From contig NC_073390.1 of NCBI RefSeq assembly GCF_028641065.1, positions 9,796,001 to 9,860,000 of the forward strand: 64,000 nt of DNA. The letters run 5' to 3'. Each line of letters opens with the position of its first letter. Position 1 is the first letter of the stretch. The translations under genes and the position numbers were made by a program. This DNA is from Leucoraja erinacea (lineage: Eukaryota). Under the pieces are notes generated by a model that saw only the letters and a program-made list of their open reading frames with translations, searched no databases and was not told the DNA's origin. Shown piece after piece: positions 37,301 through 52,300 of this stretch.

Positions 37301-40300
37301 TTTATTTTTTCTCAAATCCACCCGGATGCTGAGGAAATGGAGATTGTTGAACAATGAAGGATAAGAAGAATTGATACATAAAGCCTGAAATTATGTTATG
37401 CTAATTTGTGATGCACAAACACAGAATAGGGCTATAATACTAGGGACTCAAAGAATAAAATGTCATTATATGCAGACAATATACTTTTATATATTACAAA
37501 GTCACAAACGAGCATACCAAATTTATTAAATCTAATAGAGGAATCTGGGTCTTTTTTTGGATATAGAATAAACTGGAATAAAAGTGAAATCATGACATTA
37601 AAACCTCAAGAACCTACACACTTACTGAAGTTCCCCTTTAAAATCGCAACAGAAAAATTTAAATACTTGGGTATTCAGATTACTAGAAAATATAAAGCAT
37701 TATTCAACGCTAATTTTATACCTTTATTAAATAAACTTAATACGCTGATTAAATTTTGGAAAACACTTCCTTTATCATTATTAGGTAGAATAAATGCAAT
37801 AAAAATGATTTTCCTACCACAATTACTATACCTATTTCAGTCTATACCGGTATATATACCAAAATACTTTAAAAACAAATTAGACTCTAATATTACTAAT
37901 TTTATTTGGGACTATAGATCACATAGAATTACAAAAAAACACTTATGTAAACCAAAAGAGGTCGGGGGACTTTCACTTCTGAATGTTATGTATTATTACT
38001 GGGCAGTGCATATTAAGAATATAATTTATTGGCTGAATAGTTCTACCCAACAGACAGAATGGATAAAAATGGAGAAAGAGGATTGTCATCCTTGTAATAT
38101 AGGAATGATCCTCTTCTCCCCGAAAAAAATGAAAAACACAATATATAAGAAGAACCCAATTATTTATGGTACAACAAGAATTTGGAAACAAATAAAATTA
38201 TCTTTAAAATTAAGAAATTTATCATTGTTAATGCCAATAGTGAATAACCCTTTATTTAAACCATCTCTTATTGATAAAACATATAACCAATGGGAAAGTC
38301 TCTGAATTAGAAGGATCGGGGATATGTACGAAATGGGAAACCTACTATCATTCCAACAATCTATATTGCTAAAAGTCTGTTCTTGACCGGTATTGGCCAT
38401 CTGTGCTGCAATTTCCGAGAGAACGCCGCCACCTACGGCCGTCATTTATGGCCACCTTGCTCAGAGCCCCCCTACGCCGTATGTGTGCTGAGGATTTTTC
38501 CCGTCGATGAAAAATGACAGAGATATTAATGTTTTTACAAAATTTCTCATTCTCTCTGCTGCCCCTGCTGGCGGCAGGGGGGAGGGACTATAAAACCAAG
38601 AAGTGGTGTCTCATAGTCTCTTCAAGATGGAGGAAGGCAGAGGGTCACGTTTCTCTGAGCTGTGAATAACAGTGAACACATGTCTACTCAAACGTGCAAG
38701 TGCCCTTAGTGGTTCTAAAACGCTTGCAGAATGTGTCTATTGGTTCTAAAATGTTTGCAAAAAGTGTCTCTTTTGGTTCTACAATGCTTGCAGAATGTGT
38801 CTTTTTTGGTTCTAAAATGTTTTTTAGGTTCTCCCCCCCCCCCCCCCCCCCCCCTCTCCTCCCCGCCTTCTCCTCTCCCCCCCCCCCTCTCCTCCCCCCA
38901 CCCCTCTCCTCCTCCCCCTCTCCTCTCCCCCCCTCTCCTCTCTCCCCCCCTCTCCTCCCCCCTCTCTCCCTCCCTCTCTCTCTCCCCCTCTCCTCTCCTC
39001 TCCCCCACTTTCCTCTCCCCCCCCCCCCTCCCTCTCTCCCTCTTTTTCTCCCCCCCTCCCCTCCATCCCCCTCCCCCACCATTCCTCCCCTAAACCCCCC
39101 CCCCCCCCCACACACCCCTACCCCCTTCCCTCCACCCTCCCTCCGCCTTCCTTGCTCCCCACCTCTCCCCCTCCCCCTCTCAGCACACCCTCTCTCTCCC
39201 CCTCTTTCCCCCCTCTTTCCCCTCTCTCCTCCCTTCCCCCTCTCTCCCCCTCCCTCCTCCCTCCCCCCCTCTCCCCCTCGCTCCTCTCCTCCCCCCTCCT
39301 CCCCCTCTCCTCCCCCCTCTCCCCCCCCAACTCTCTCTGCCCTCCTCCCCTCCCCCACCCCCCCTCCCCTAAAACCCCCTCCCCTCCACACCCCCTACCC
39401 TCACCTCTCCCCCTCACCCCCCTCTCAGCACCCCCCCCTCTCTCTCCCACTCACTCTCACCCTCTCTCTCCTCCCCTCCTCCTCCACCTTTCCCCCCTCA
39501 CCCACCCTCCCTCTTCTCCTCCTCGCCACCCCCCTCTCCCTCATTCCCCTCTCTCTGTGTCTCTGTCTCTCTCTGTCTCTCTCTCTCTCTGCTCTCTCAC
39601 TGTCTCTGCCCCTTCTCTCTCTGCCCTCACTCTCTACCCCCGCCCCCCCCCCCCCTCCCTAGATGTGACTGCACGTTGGGGGCTATGCGTCAGTAGATAG
39701 GGTGTAAATGGGGTAAAAGGAGCAAATTAATAATTTTAATATAATATCAAGGGGGGTAATTAGCATGAGTGTGGGGGGGGGGGGGTAGTTAGTGTGTGTG
39801 ACGCTGCATGCCGCCTCCCCCCCCCCACAACCGCACGTTGGGGGAACAGACCCAACGGGTCTGCACTTGGTCTAGTTACAATTAAAATTTAAACAGAAAA
39901 ACAACCAATATTTTAAATATCTTCAGATTTGCAATTTCATGAAAAAATATATACAAGGATATCAAAAAATAACTCCTGAATTATTGGAAAAGCAATGAAT
40001 AATGAAGCTCTCACAAAAATTAATATCATATTAATATAATAGTATTCTAAATATAAACCTACCATCGACAGAGGTACTTAGTGGGAACGGGAACTAATGA
40101 TAAAAACTATGAAGGTTACATGGGAAAAGTACTTGATATATATTCACAAATGTTCGATTAATGTAAGACATAATCTAATTCAATTTAAAATTTTACATAG
40201 ATTATATTATTCAAAAACAAGATTGAACAAATTTTATCCAAATATATCCCCCATTTGTGATAAATGTCTATCCCAAAACACAACTATAACACACTCCTTT

Positions 40301-43300
40301 GTTTCTTTAGATTCTCTCTTTAGATTCTGGAGTAGTTCCTGAGGATTGGCGGGTAGCAAACGTAACCCCACTTTTTAAGAAGGGAGGGAGAGAGAAAACA
40401 GGGAATTACAGACCAGTTAGTCTAACATCGGTAGTGGGGAAACTGCTACAGTCAGTTATTAAAGATGGGATAGCAGCACATTTGGAAAGTGGTGAAATCA
40501 TTGGACAAAGTCGGCATGGATTTACGAAAGGTAAATCATGTCTGACGAATCTTATAGAATTTTTCGAGGATGTAACTAGTAGCGTGGATAGGGGAGAACC
40601 AGTGGATGTGGTGTATCTGGACTTCTAGAAGGCTTTCGACAAGGTCCCACATAAGAGATTAGTATACAAACTTAAAGTACACGGCATTGGGGGTTCAGTA
40701 TTGATGTGGATAGAGAACTGGCTGGCAAACAGGAAGCAAAGAGTATGAGTAAACGGGTCCTTTTCACAATGGCAGGCAGTGACTAGTGGGGTACCGCAAG
40801 GCTCAGTGCTGGGACCCCAGCTATTTACAATATATATTAATGATCTGGATGAGGGAATTGAAAGCAATATCTCCAAGTTTGCGGATGACACTAAGCTGGG
40901 GGGGCAGTGTTAGCTGTGAGGAGGATGCTAGGAGACTGTAAGGTGACTTGGATAGGCTGGGTGAGTGGGCAAATGTTTAGCAGATGCAGTATAATGTGGA
41001 TAAATGTGAGGTTATCCATTTTGGTGGCAAAAACAGGAAAGCAGACTTATCTAAATGGTGGCCGACTAGGAAAAGGGGAGATGCAGCGAAACCTGGGTGT
41101 CATGGTACACCAGTCATTGAAAGTAGGCATGCAGGTGCAGCAGGCAGTGAAGAAAGCGAATGGTATGTTAGCTTTCATAGCAAAAGGATTTGAGTATAGG
41201 AGCTGGGAGGTTCTACTGCAGTTGTACAGGGTCTTGGTGAGACCACACCTGGAGTATTGCGTACAGTTTTGGTCACCAAATCTGAGGAAGGACATTATTG
41301 CCAAAGAGGGAGTGCAGAGACGGTTCACCAGACTGATTCCTGGGATGTCAGGACTGTCTTCTGAGGAAAGACTGGATAGACTTGGTTTATACTCTCTAGA
41401 ATTTAGGAGATTGAGAGGGGATCTTATAGAAACTTACAAAATTCTTAAGGGGTTGGACAGGCTAGATGCAGGAAGATTGTTCCCGATGTTAGGGAAGTCC
41501 AGGACAAGGGGTCACAGCTTAAGGATAAGGGGGAAATCCTTTAAAACCAAGATGAGAAGAACTTTTTTCACGCAGAGAGTGGTGAATCTCTGGAACTCTC
41601 TGCCACAGAGGGTAGTTGAGGCCAGTTCATTGGCTATATTTAAGAGGGAGTTAGATGTGGCCCTTGTGTGCTAAGGGGATCAGGGGGTATGGAGAGAAGG
41701 CAGGTACGGGATACTGAGTTGGATGATCAGCCATGATCATATTGAATGGCGGTGCAGGCTCGAAGGGCCGAATGGCCTACTCCTGCACCTAATTTCTATG
41801 TTTCTATGTTTCTATATGATAGTACTTAATTCTAATAAAATAAAATATTTAAAAAAAAACACAGAATGCATTCAAATGTAATTCCTGTGATGGCCACTCT
41901 GCATTAACACAATTGGCAGTTTTGTACAAATGTTAACAATCATAATTATGAGATATTCTTTGAGGAAGTACTAAATATCAAACTGAACAATAATCCCAAA
42001 GCATTTTTCAAGTAAAACCATTAATATTCATGTTCAGAAGTTCAGAGTTACTAGGAGCAAAATTAAGTCATTCATCCTATTAAGTCCACTCTGCCATTCA
42101 ATGATGGCTGATCTATTTTTCCCTCTCAACCCCATTCTCCTGTCTTTGCTCCATAACCCCCGACACGAATCAAGAATCTGTCAATCACTGCCTTAAAAAT
42201 ATCCAATGACAGCCGCCACAGCTTTCTGTGGCAATGAATTCCACAAATTCACCACCCTCTGACTAAAGAAATCCCCATCATCTCCTTTCTATAGGTGCGT
42301 CCTTTTATTTTGACTGGTCCTAGACTCTCCCACTAGTAGAAACATCCTCTCCTCATTCACTCTATGTCGGCTTTCACTAATCAGTGAGTTTCAATGAGGT
42401 CATTCCTTATCCTTCAAAACCTCAGCGAGTGCAGGCCCAGTGCCTTCAAACGCTCATCATATGTTAACTAAATCATTTCTGGGATGATTCACATAACCTC
42501 CCTCTGGACTCTCTTCAATGCCAGTACTTCCTTCCTCAGATATGGGGCCAAAAACTGCTCACAATACTTGCAATACAGTCTGACCAGTGCCTTATAAAGC
42601 CACAGAATTACATCCCAAGTATTTTATCCCTCTTGAAATAAATGCTAGTATTGCATTTGCCTTCCTTACCACCAATTCGACTTGTAAATTAACTTTTTCG
42701 GAATCCTGCACCAGCACTCTCAAGTCCCTTTGCACCTCTGATTTCTGAATTCTCTCCCCATTTAGACAATAATTTACATATGCCTTTATGCCTACTACCA
42801 AAATGCATGACTCCACACTTTGCTCCGCTGTATTCCATCTGTCACTTCTCAACCCACCCTCTCAACTTATCTAAGACCATCTGCAGAGTCCCTGCTGTCT
42901 CAACACTACCTGCCCCTCCACATATTTTCCTATCATCTGCAAAATTGGCCGCAAAGCTTTCAATTCTCTCATCAAAATCATTGTTATACCTGTGAAGAGT
43001 AACGGCCCCTGCGGAACACCACTAGTCACTGGCAGCCAACAAGAAAAAGCCACCTTTATTGCCTCTCTTTGCCTTCTGCCATCCAGCCAACCTGCTATCC
43101 ATGCTAGTATCTTCCCTCTGATAGAGTCATACAGTGCGGAAACAGGCCTTTCGGCCCAACTTGCCCAAACCGACCAACATATCCAAGCTACACAGGTCCC
43201 ACCTGCCTGTGTTTGGTCCATATCCAGCCAAACCTGTCCTATCCATGGACCTATCTAACTGTTTCTTAAATTTTGGGATACCTCTTCTGACAGCTTGTTC

Positions 43301-46300
43301 CATACACCCACCACCTTTTGTGTGAAAAGGTTACCCCTCAGATGTTACCCCTTTTAAATGTTTTCCCCTTCACCTTAAACCTATGTCTTCTTGTTCTCGA
43401 TTCACCTACTTTGGGCAAGAGACTATGCATCTACCCAATCTATTCCTCTCATGATTTTATACACCTCTATAAGATCATCCCTCATCCTCCTGCACTTCAA
43501 GGAACATAGTCTCAGCCTACTCAACCTCTCCAGATGGCCCTCCAGTTGTGGCAACATCCTTATAGATCTTCTCTGTACCCTTTCCAGCTTGACAACATCT
43601 TTCCTATAACATGGTGCCCAGAATTGAACACAATATTCGAAATGTGGCCTCGCCAACATCTTGTACAACTGCAACATGGCCTCCCAACTATACTCAATAT
43701 AGACACAAAATGGTGGAGTAAATCAGCGGAACTGGCAGCATCTCAGGAGAGAAGGAATGGGTGACGTTTCACGTCGAGCCCCTTCTTCAGAATCTGGGTC
43801 TGATTCTTCTATACTCAATACTCTGACTGATAAAGGCCAAAGTGCCAAACATTTTTTTGACCACCCTATCTACCTGTGACTCCACTTTCAAGGAACCATG
43901 CACCTGCACTCCTAGATCCCTCTGCTCTACAACACTCCCCAGAACCTTACCATTCACTGTGTAGGTCTTGCCCATGTATGACTTCCCAAAATGCAACACC
44001 ACATTTTTCTCTGGATTCAATTCCATTCCTCATCCCACCTGGCCAATCGATTAAGATCCTGCTGCAATTTTTCACAACCATTTTCACTATCAGCAAAACC
44101 ACCCACTCTTGTATCATCTGCAAGCTTGCTAATCTTGTCATGTATGTTCTCATCCAAACCATTGATATAGATGACAAACAGTACCGGGCACAGCATCGAA
44201 CTGTGTGGCACACCACTAATCACAGGCCTCCAGTCCGAGAAGCAACCTTTCACCATCACCGTCTGCTTCCTTCCATGAAGCCAATTTTCTATCCATTCAG
44301 CTATCTCTCCTTGGATCCCATGCGATCTAACCCTCCAGAGCAGCCTATCATGTGGAAGATTGTTGAATGCTTTGCTGAAGTCCATTTATATAACATCTAC
44401 AGCACTGCCCTCATCGACCTTTTTGGTCACATCTTCAAAAAACTCAAGATTTGTGAGACACAACCTCCCACTTACAAACCCATGCTAACTAACCTTGTCT
44501 ATCTAAATGCCTGTATATCCCTATCCCTCAGAATACTCTCCATTAACTTTCCAACTACAGATGTTAAGATCACTTGCCTATAGTTCCCAGAATTTTCTCT
44601 GCAGCCCTTCTTGAATAGAGGCACAATATTTGCTACCCTCCAGTCTTCCGGCACATCTCCTGTATTTAAAGACGACTCGTAAATTTCAACCAGGTCTACC
44701 GCAATTTCCTCTCTAGTTTCCCACAATGTCCTCGGATATATCTGATCAGGCCCTGGAGATTTGTCCATCTTCATACACGATAGTACCTTCAGCACTTCAA
44801 CTGTAACACTGAGTGCTCTCAAGACACTTCCATTGACTGATATCATGGGCTCTCATCTTCTTTAGCATCCTCACGTAATGTACTTCATCAAAGGCCTTCT
44901 GAAAATCCAGGAAAACCACACACACTGACTCTTCTTTGTCTATCCTGCTATTTACTTCCTCAAATAATTCCAACAGGTCCATCAGGCAAGACCTCCCTTT
45001 CATAAAACCTTGCTGGCCAGCCTATTTTGTCGTATGCTTCTAAGTACTCAGAAACTTCATCCTTTATAATGGACTATTTTATAGTGTTGATTGCTGGCAT
45101 CTGTTGGTTGAATACATGCATAATATATATTTGGGGTGCAATTAAATTGTGCATTTTTAAAATCACCAGTTATTGTTAAAGACTAGATTAGAACATTATA
45201 GGCGCATGTTTATTGAGAAGTATCAGATACCAGCAAAGAATTACTGATCTCACCCAAAAGGATTGTTGAATGCAATGGCATAGACCACATTTCTATGTCC
45301 CTCAAGTGTGTGGAGCTCTTCTCCTGATAGTGTGTCCCATAGTTTACAGGTTCGGTCATAGCTTCCTGTGATAAATCTAAGTGCAAGACAAATCATCAAA
45401 CTGTAATTGCTTAAATAAAAGCAAGGCAAATTTTACAAGTACACAATCTAAATATATCGATGCTCATGATACATATGTTATCTGCACACAGGAATATTTT
45501 AACATGAAGGTAAATTTCTGGGCTCAGGTATTTATCTGCATTCCCCAATCCCTGGTCATTAATGAGTAGTGCAGGCTCAAAACAAAATGAAGATAAAACC
45601 ACAACTAATCGACAAGATTAACTTTCATTAACTTCAGCAGCAATAACAGCACACAAAAGATCATATATCAATATGGCACATATTTGGGATTCTGTAATAA
45701 AAATGTTTCAGTTAATGAGGAAATCCAATTGCATTTGCAATTAAGTACGTTAAAACTTCTAGTTAATTAAGCATTCTCCCAATAAAACTACCTTTCAGTG
45801 CTGACCACTGCTGTTCTGATTTAACCTTCATGTGGGAAGACAGATAACAATATTTTTTTTCTGATTTCCAGCAACATGATGCAACCGGTTAGTTCACAGA
45901 CCTTTCAAATATTTGTTCTGGTTTCCTAATGGAATTTTGGAATTGTAAAAATTATGAAATTGCTGAGCTTTAGAAACAAATTCAAGGCTGTCTTGCGATA
46001 ACTGTTTTAAAACTACAAAATTGTTTAAAATAATTCATATTGAGTTCTAAGCAACTTCACTAACAGAATGATGAATGGATGTCCTTATTTTTTATAGTCA
46101 GACCTTGCGTTTTGGTTGTGGCTTGTAAAGCTTTCATTACTTTCAGGTCATCTTCTGGAAAATAGAATGCGATATTAATATTTATTGCCAAATCAAGGTT
46201 GTAAAATGGCAGCAACCTCCATTGGAGCCAGAAATTTGATGGTTTAATCCTTGCTCTAAGACTTTTCAAAACATGTATTTTGGATGAGGGTAAGATCCCA

Positions 46301-49300
46301 TGGGACTTCAAAGAACTTAAAACTCCTAACAAAATGTTGCTCAAAATACATTGCCAAAATGAAAATGGTGCCAGGGTCCAGGTTGTCTTTGTTGCATAAC
46401 ATTCTCAAAGGGAAGGGCAAGCAACCAGAAGTCGTTGTACATGTTGACATAAATAACATAGGTAGGAAAAGGGATGAAATCTACAGGGTGAATATATGGA
46501 GTTATGCTACAGATTTGACTTCGGCGTCACGTGAGTGACTTAGTGAAGAAGGCCCGTCCAGGCGCACATGCGTCATATCGTCAGACGCATAGTGACTGCG
46601 ACCGCGGTAGGAGGTGCAGAGCCCGCTAAGCGGTGAGTGAAAGAAAAACCTGAAGGTAAGTGCTTTTACTTTCACTTTCAGGCTGCTTTTCTTCAGTGGA
46701 GACTGCATGTAGAAACACAGGCAAGTCTTATTATGGAGAAAAGTGGGAGAAGTAAGGAAAAGCGCGCCGCAGTAAGAACTCAAGAGGACAGAATGTCTGA
46801 GAGTCGCGGGCGCCTGACGAAAAAGTCGGCGAAGAAAAACCAGCAACTTCTAAAACGGGAGAAAAATTCTGGCAGCATCAAAAAAAGGGCTGCCAGAATA
46901 TGATTCTATGGAAGAGCCTGTGATACCCAAAAAGGGTTGACTAAGCGTAGGCCTATCAGAGAGCCAGCGCATGAAATACCTGAAGAAGAAATGCCAGGTG
47001 AACCCCATTATGAGGAGGAATATCCAGAAGATTTTGACAATGAATCATATGAGGACCAGAGCCCAATAATACAACGCAAAGTACCAGGCCTGGCCCAAAA
47101 ATTCTTTAGTCCCAGACACAAGGGACAACCTCTGCCAGGAAATATAGCAGAAAGTATAAATTACCTGCTTTCCCATCATTTGGAAGAACCAACGATGGAT
47201 GAGATTGTGAACAAATACGAAATCCCACAGAATTGTGCCCTGCTAGCAGTCCCAGCACTAAACAGTGAAATATGGGGTTATTTGGGCACCGCAGTACGCG
47301 CACAAGAAATTATGTTACAGCGGGTGCTAAGATTAATGGGGTCAAGCATTACGACATTTGCCAGAGACCTGGAAGAAGGAAATGTGACAACGTCACAACA
47401 GGATGTTATGGGGATGATGTGTAATGCACACTTTGAAATAAACTGTATTCGTAAAAGTGCGATAAGACCTAACATACATCCTAAGTTTGCAGGGCTCTGT
47501 AAACCATCGAATATACAATTGCTGAACTTACTCTTTGGAGAAGATCTTGCCAAAAATCTGAAAGTCTTAAATGAAGAAGCAAAAACCATGGGTATGATAA
47601 AACCACCAATGTTTGGCAGAACAGTTCAAAGGCAATATCCATACCGAAGGTACACAAAAATGCTGGAGAAACTCAGCAGGTGCAGCAGCATCTATAAAGC
47701 GAAGGAAATAGGTGGCGTTTCAGGCCAAAACCCTTCTTCAGACTGATGGGGGTTGGGGGGGGGGGGGGGGGGAGAAGGAAGGAAAAAGGGAGGAGGAGGA
47801 GCCCGAGGGCGGGGGGATGGGAGGAGACAGCTCGAGGGTTAAGGAAGGGGAGGAGACAGCAAGGGCTAGCAAAATTGGGAGAATTCAATGTTCATGCCAA
47901 CCGGACGCAAGCAACCCAGGCGGAATATGAGGTGCTGTTCCTCCAATTTCCGGTGTTGCTCACTCTGGCAATGGAGGAGACCCAGGACAGAGAGGTCGGA
48001 TTGGGAATGGGAGGGGGAGTTGAAGTGCTGAGCCACCGGGAGTTCAGGTAGGTTATTGCGGACTGAGCGGAGGTGTTCGGCGAAACGATCGCCCAACCTC
48101 CGCTTAGTCTCACCGATGTAAATCAGCTGACATCTAGAGCAGCGGATGCAGTAGATGAGGTTGGAGGAGATACAGGTGAACCTTTGTCGCACCTGGAACG
48201 ACTGCTTGGGTCCTTGAATGGAGTCGAGGGGGGAGGTGAAGGGACAGGTGTTGCATTTCTTGCGGTTGCAACGGAAAGTGCCTGGGGAGGGGGTGGTACG
48301 GAAGGGAAGGGAAGTATTGACAAGGGAGTTGCGGAGGGAGCGGTCTTTGCAGAAGGCAGACATGGGGGGAGATGGGAAGATGTGGCGAGTGGTGGGGTCA
48401 CGTTGGAGGTGGCGGAAATGGCGGAGGATTATGTGTTGTATTTTCCGGCTGGTGGGGTGAAAGGTGAGGACTAGGGGGACTCTGCCCTTGTTGCGAGTGC
48501 GGGGATGGGGCAGTGTTGCGGGGTATGGAAGAGACCCTGGTGCGAGCTCATGTATGGTGGAGGAGGGGAATCCCCGTTCCCTGAAGAGCGAGGACATTAG
48601 CGATGCCCTGGTGTGGAACGTCTCATCCTGGGAACAGATGCGGCGTAGGCAGAGGAATTGGGAGTAGGGGATGGAGTCTTTACTGGGGGCAGGGTGGGGA
48701 GACGTGTAGTCCAGATAGCCATGTGAGTCAGTTGGTTTGTAGTGTATGTCGGTCAGAAGTCTTCCCACCCTGCCCCCTGTAAAGACTCCATCCCCTACTC
48801 CCAATTCCTCTGCCTACGCCGCATGTGTTCCCAGGATGAGACGTTCCACACCAGGGTATCGGAAATGTCCTCGCTCTTCAGGGAACGGGGATTCCCCTCC
48901 TCCACCATACATGAGGCTAACACCAGGGTCTCTTCCATATCCCGCAACACTGCTTTCTCACCCCATCCCCGCACTCGCAACAAGGGCCTTAACAAGTCTC
49001 AGCCCTTTTGTACGGTATAAACATTTCAAAATGGAGACATTTACTAATGCTTTGCATCTAATTTCAACAGAATGCTATATGGCAAGCATAGATCTCCAAG
49101 ATGCATATTACTCTGTGGCCGTGCATGTGAATGACCGTACATATTTGAAATTTATCTGGATGAGTCAATTGTGGCAATTCAAAGCATTGCTTATGGGTTA
49201 ACCTCAGCCCCTAGATTGTTTACAAAATTGCTAAAACCAATTTTAGCATTGTTAAGAGCCCAGGGCCATTTGGTAATGGCTTATTTGGATGACATTTTAA

Positions 49301-52300
49301 TTGTGGGAGACACTGAAGCCACAACAAAAGCATTAGTTTTAGAAGTCAAACAAACATTTCAAAATCTGGGCTTTCTTATCCATCCAGATAAATCTAGACT
49401 GTCACCTAATAAAACAATTGATTACTTTGGGTTCACTATTAATTCAGAGCACATGACAGTGACCTTACCAAAGGACAAAAAGCTGCAGTTAATTGAAGGT
49501 TGTAACAAACTAATTTCAGGTCAAAAACCATCAATTAGGCAAGTGGCAAGCCTACTTGGCAAACTATTTGCTTCTTTTCCAGCTGTTCAGTTTGGTCCAC
49601 TGCATTACCAACAACTGCAGCGAGCAAAGGTCCAAGCATTAAAAAGACATTCCGGGCATTTTGATAGACCCATGCAACTGCCAAAAACAGCAATTGATGA
49701 TATACAATGGTGGATTAAGAATGTTCATTATTCTTACAGAAAAATTCTGGTTGAATCACCAGCTATCATTCTACAAACTGATGCAAGCGCACTAGGTTGG
49801 GGAGCTGCTCAAGTCAAGTCAAGTCAAGTCAATTAGCCTTTATTGTCATTCAGACCTTGCGGTCTGAACGAAATGTTGTTGCCTTGCAGTCCTACATATA
49901 GTAAAAATGACAAAAACACACAATAAACACAAATTAACATCCACCACAGTGAGTTCACCAGGCACCTCCTCACTGTGATGGAAGGCAAAAATCTTAAGTC
50001 TTTATCTCTTCCCTTTTCCTTCTTATTCTCCCTCTGCGCCGAGGCGATCCAGGCTTCAGATGTTATGACCCCGCCGGGCGATGGTAAGTAATGTCAGTCC
50101 CGCGGCTGAATCCGAGCTCCGCGAACGGGCCGGTTCAACTCCGCGGCCCAGGGTGGTCGAAGTTGCCGAAGCTGTGGCCCCCCAGTCCAGCGGACGCAGC
50201 TGTTGTCGCTGCCCCAGCTCCAAGGCCGCGTCGCCTCTGCTGTCGGAACACCACAGCTCCGGAGTCGGACCGCTGCCGCTGGAACGCTGCCCCTGCTGCC
50301 TCGGCGCAGGCGGAGACGGAGACGGGGGATACGACAAGAGAAGTCGCATCCCCCCGAAGGAAGAGCCCAAAAACATGTCCCCCCCCCCCCACACACACAT
50401 ACACAACCTAATAAACCAAAAATTAACTGAAACAGGACAAAAGAACAACAAAAAAAAGAAAAAAAACAGACGGACTGCAGGCGAACCGCAGCTGCTAAGG
50501 CAGCGCCGCAATCTTGCTGATACCATCTCAAGCTGTGGAGGTAGATGGAGTGCGCAGGAAGAACCTTTGCTCGAGGCACATGGCATTAACTATCTTGAAT
50601 TATTAAGTACATTTCATGGGCTTAAAGCTCTTTGCGCTAAGATGCAAAATTTGCATCTGCAGGCTCGGATTGACAACACCACGGCAGTAGCATATGTCAA
50701 TCATATGGGTGGAATCAAGTCAGAAGCATGTGACAGATTGGCAAACATGATCTGGCACTGGTGCATTACGAGAAACATTTGGCTTTCTGCAATTTACCTC
50801 CCAGGTAAATTCAATATAATTGCAGACAGTAGGTCACGAAAATTTAATGACAATACAGAATGGATGTTAAATCGTGACATTTTCCATATCATTGTTCAAA
50901 AATTTGGAAAACCAGAAATTGACTTGTTTGCATCCAGACTGAACCATCAGTTACCTCAATATGTTTCATGGGAACCAGGCCCAGGGGCAACAGGGGTAGG
51001 CATTCTCGCTAAATTGGGGTGGAATGTTTTTATATGCATTTCCTCCCTTTTGTCTTATCAGTAGATGTCTACAAAAGATCAAACAAGATAATGCTTCAGG
51101 ATTATTGGTTGTCCCAGATTGGCCCACATAACCATGGTATCCACTAGTGTTAAAAATGGTGACAGAACCTCTAATGCATATCTCAAGACAAGAAAACCTA
51201 CTTTTGCACCCTGTAACTGGTGATTTTCATCCTTTGCATGATCGTAATGATTTGTTGATTTGCAGATTCTAAAAAGGCTTTATGTCGGAAGAAGACTATC
51301 AAATTGCACTATGGATGTAATTGCATGATCCTGGAGGGATAGTGCCCAGAAGCAGTATGTTTCTCACATTAAGAAATGGGAGGAGTTTTGTGCAAGACAA
51401 AACATTTCATACCACACTGCAGACACTTCAGATGTTGTAGAATTTTTGTCAACATTACATTTTGATGTAAATTTAAGTTATAATGCGATCAACACTGCAA
51501 GGAGTGCCCGCTCTGCATATTTATGGAGAGCATCTGAACAACAGGTTCTAGGGTCACACCCCTTGGTTTGTAGATACATGAAGGGTATCTTTAATGCTAA
51601 ACTTCCCAGACCGAGATATACGGAAATCTGGAATGTGAGGGATGTACTCATGTTACTTCGGGATTGGAGTCCCATCTCAAATTTGTCTTTAGACAAAATT
51701 ACCATGAAAGTAGGCATGTTAATGGCATTAGCTTCAGCACAAAGAGTTACAGACATTACACAAATTACGTATAGACAGAATGGGAATGACAACAGAGGAA
51801 ATTACATTCTATGTCTATGACTTGCTAAAACAGAGCAGACTAGGAGTCACGGGGTGTAAATTGGTCATTACAGCATATCCTACAGATCCAAGACTTTGTG
51901 TAGTGACACATTTGAAACACTACATTGAGGCCACCAAGCACTTTAGAGGTGTAGAACCCGCATTATTTATCAGCCATAAAAAAACACACAAAAAAGTGTC
52001 AACACAAACCATTTCCAGATGGCTGAAGCAGGTGCTATTGGATGCAGGAATTGATACTGACAAATTTAAATCTCATTCCACCAGGGCGGCGGCAACATCG
52101 GCGGCCAAGGATTTGGACGTTCCAATAGACCATATCCTCACGGTCGCAGGATGGGCAAACGAACGGATGTTTTACAAGTATTACCACAAAGAGATTGCAG
52201 ACCCTAGTCTATTTGGTGGTACTGTTTTGGATTCAGTATTAAATGTTCCCAGTGATTAAAAGGGGACACAAAATGTTTATGATAAATAAACCATTAACTG

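Noticed and set aside
38684-39700. 322-aa Pro/Ser/Leu ORF (extensin-like)
   Set aside because: CT-rich low-complexity tract inside a Helitron; no splice or codon evidence.
50081-51064. 327-aa ORF as a novel protein
   Set aside because: Chance read-through from the inserted SINE-like element into the DIRS RNase H/MT frame.
51280-52259. Phage integrase or bacterial contamination
   Set aside because: The YR sits within DIRS architecture inside a spliced vertebrate gene.
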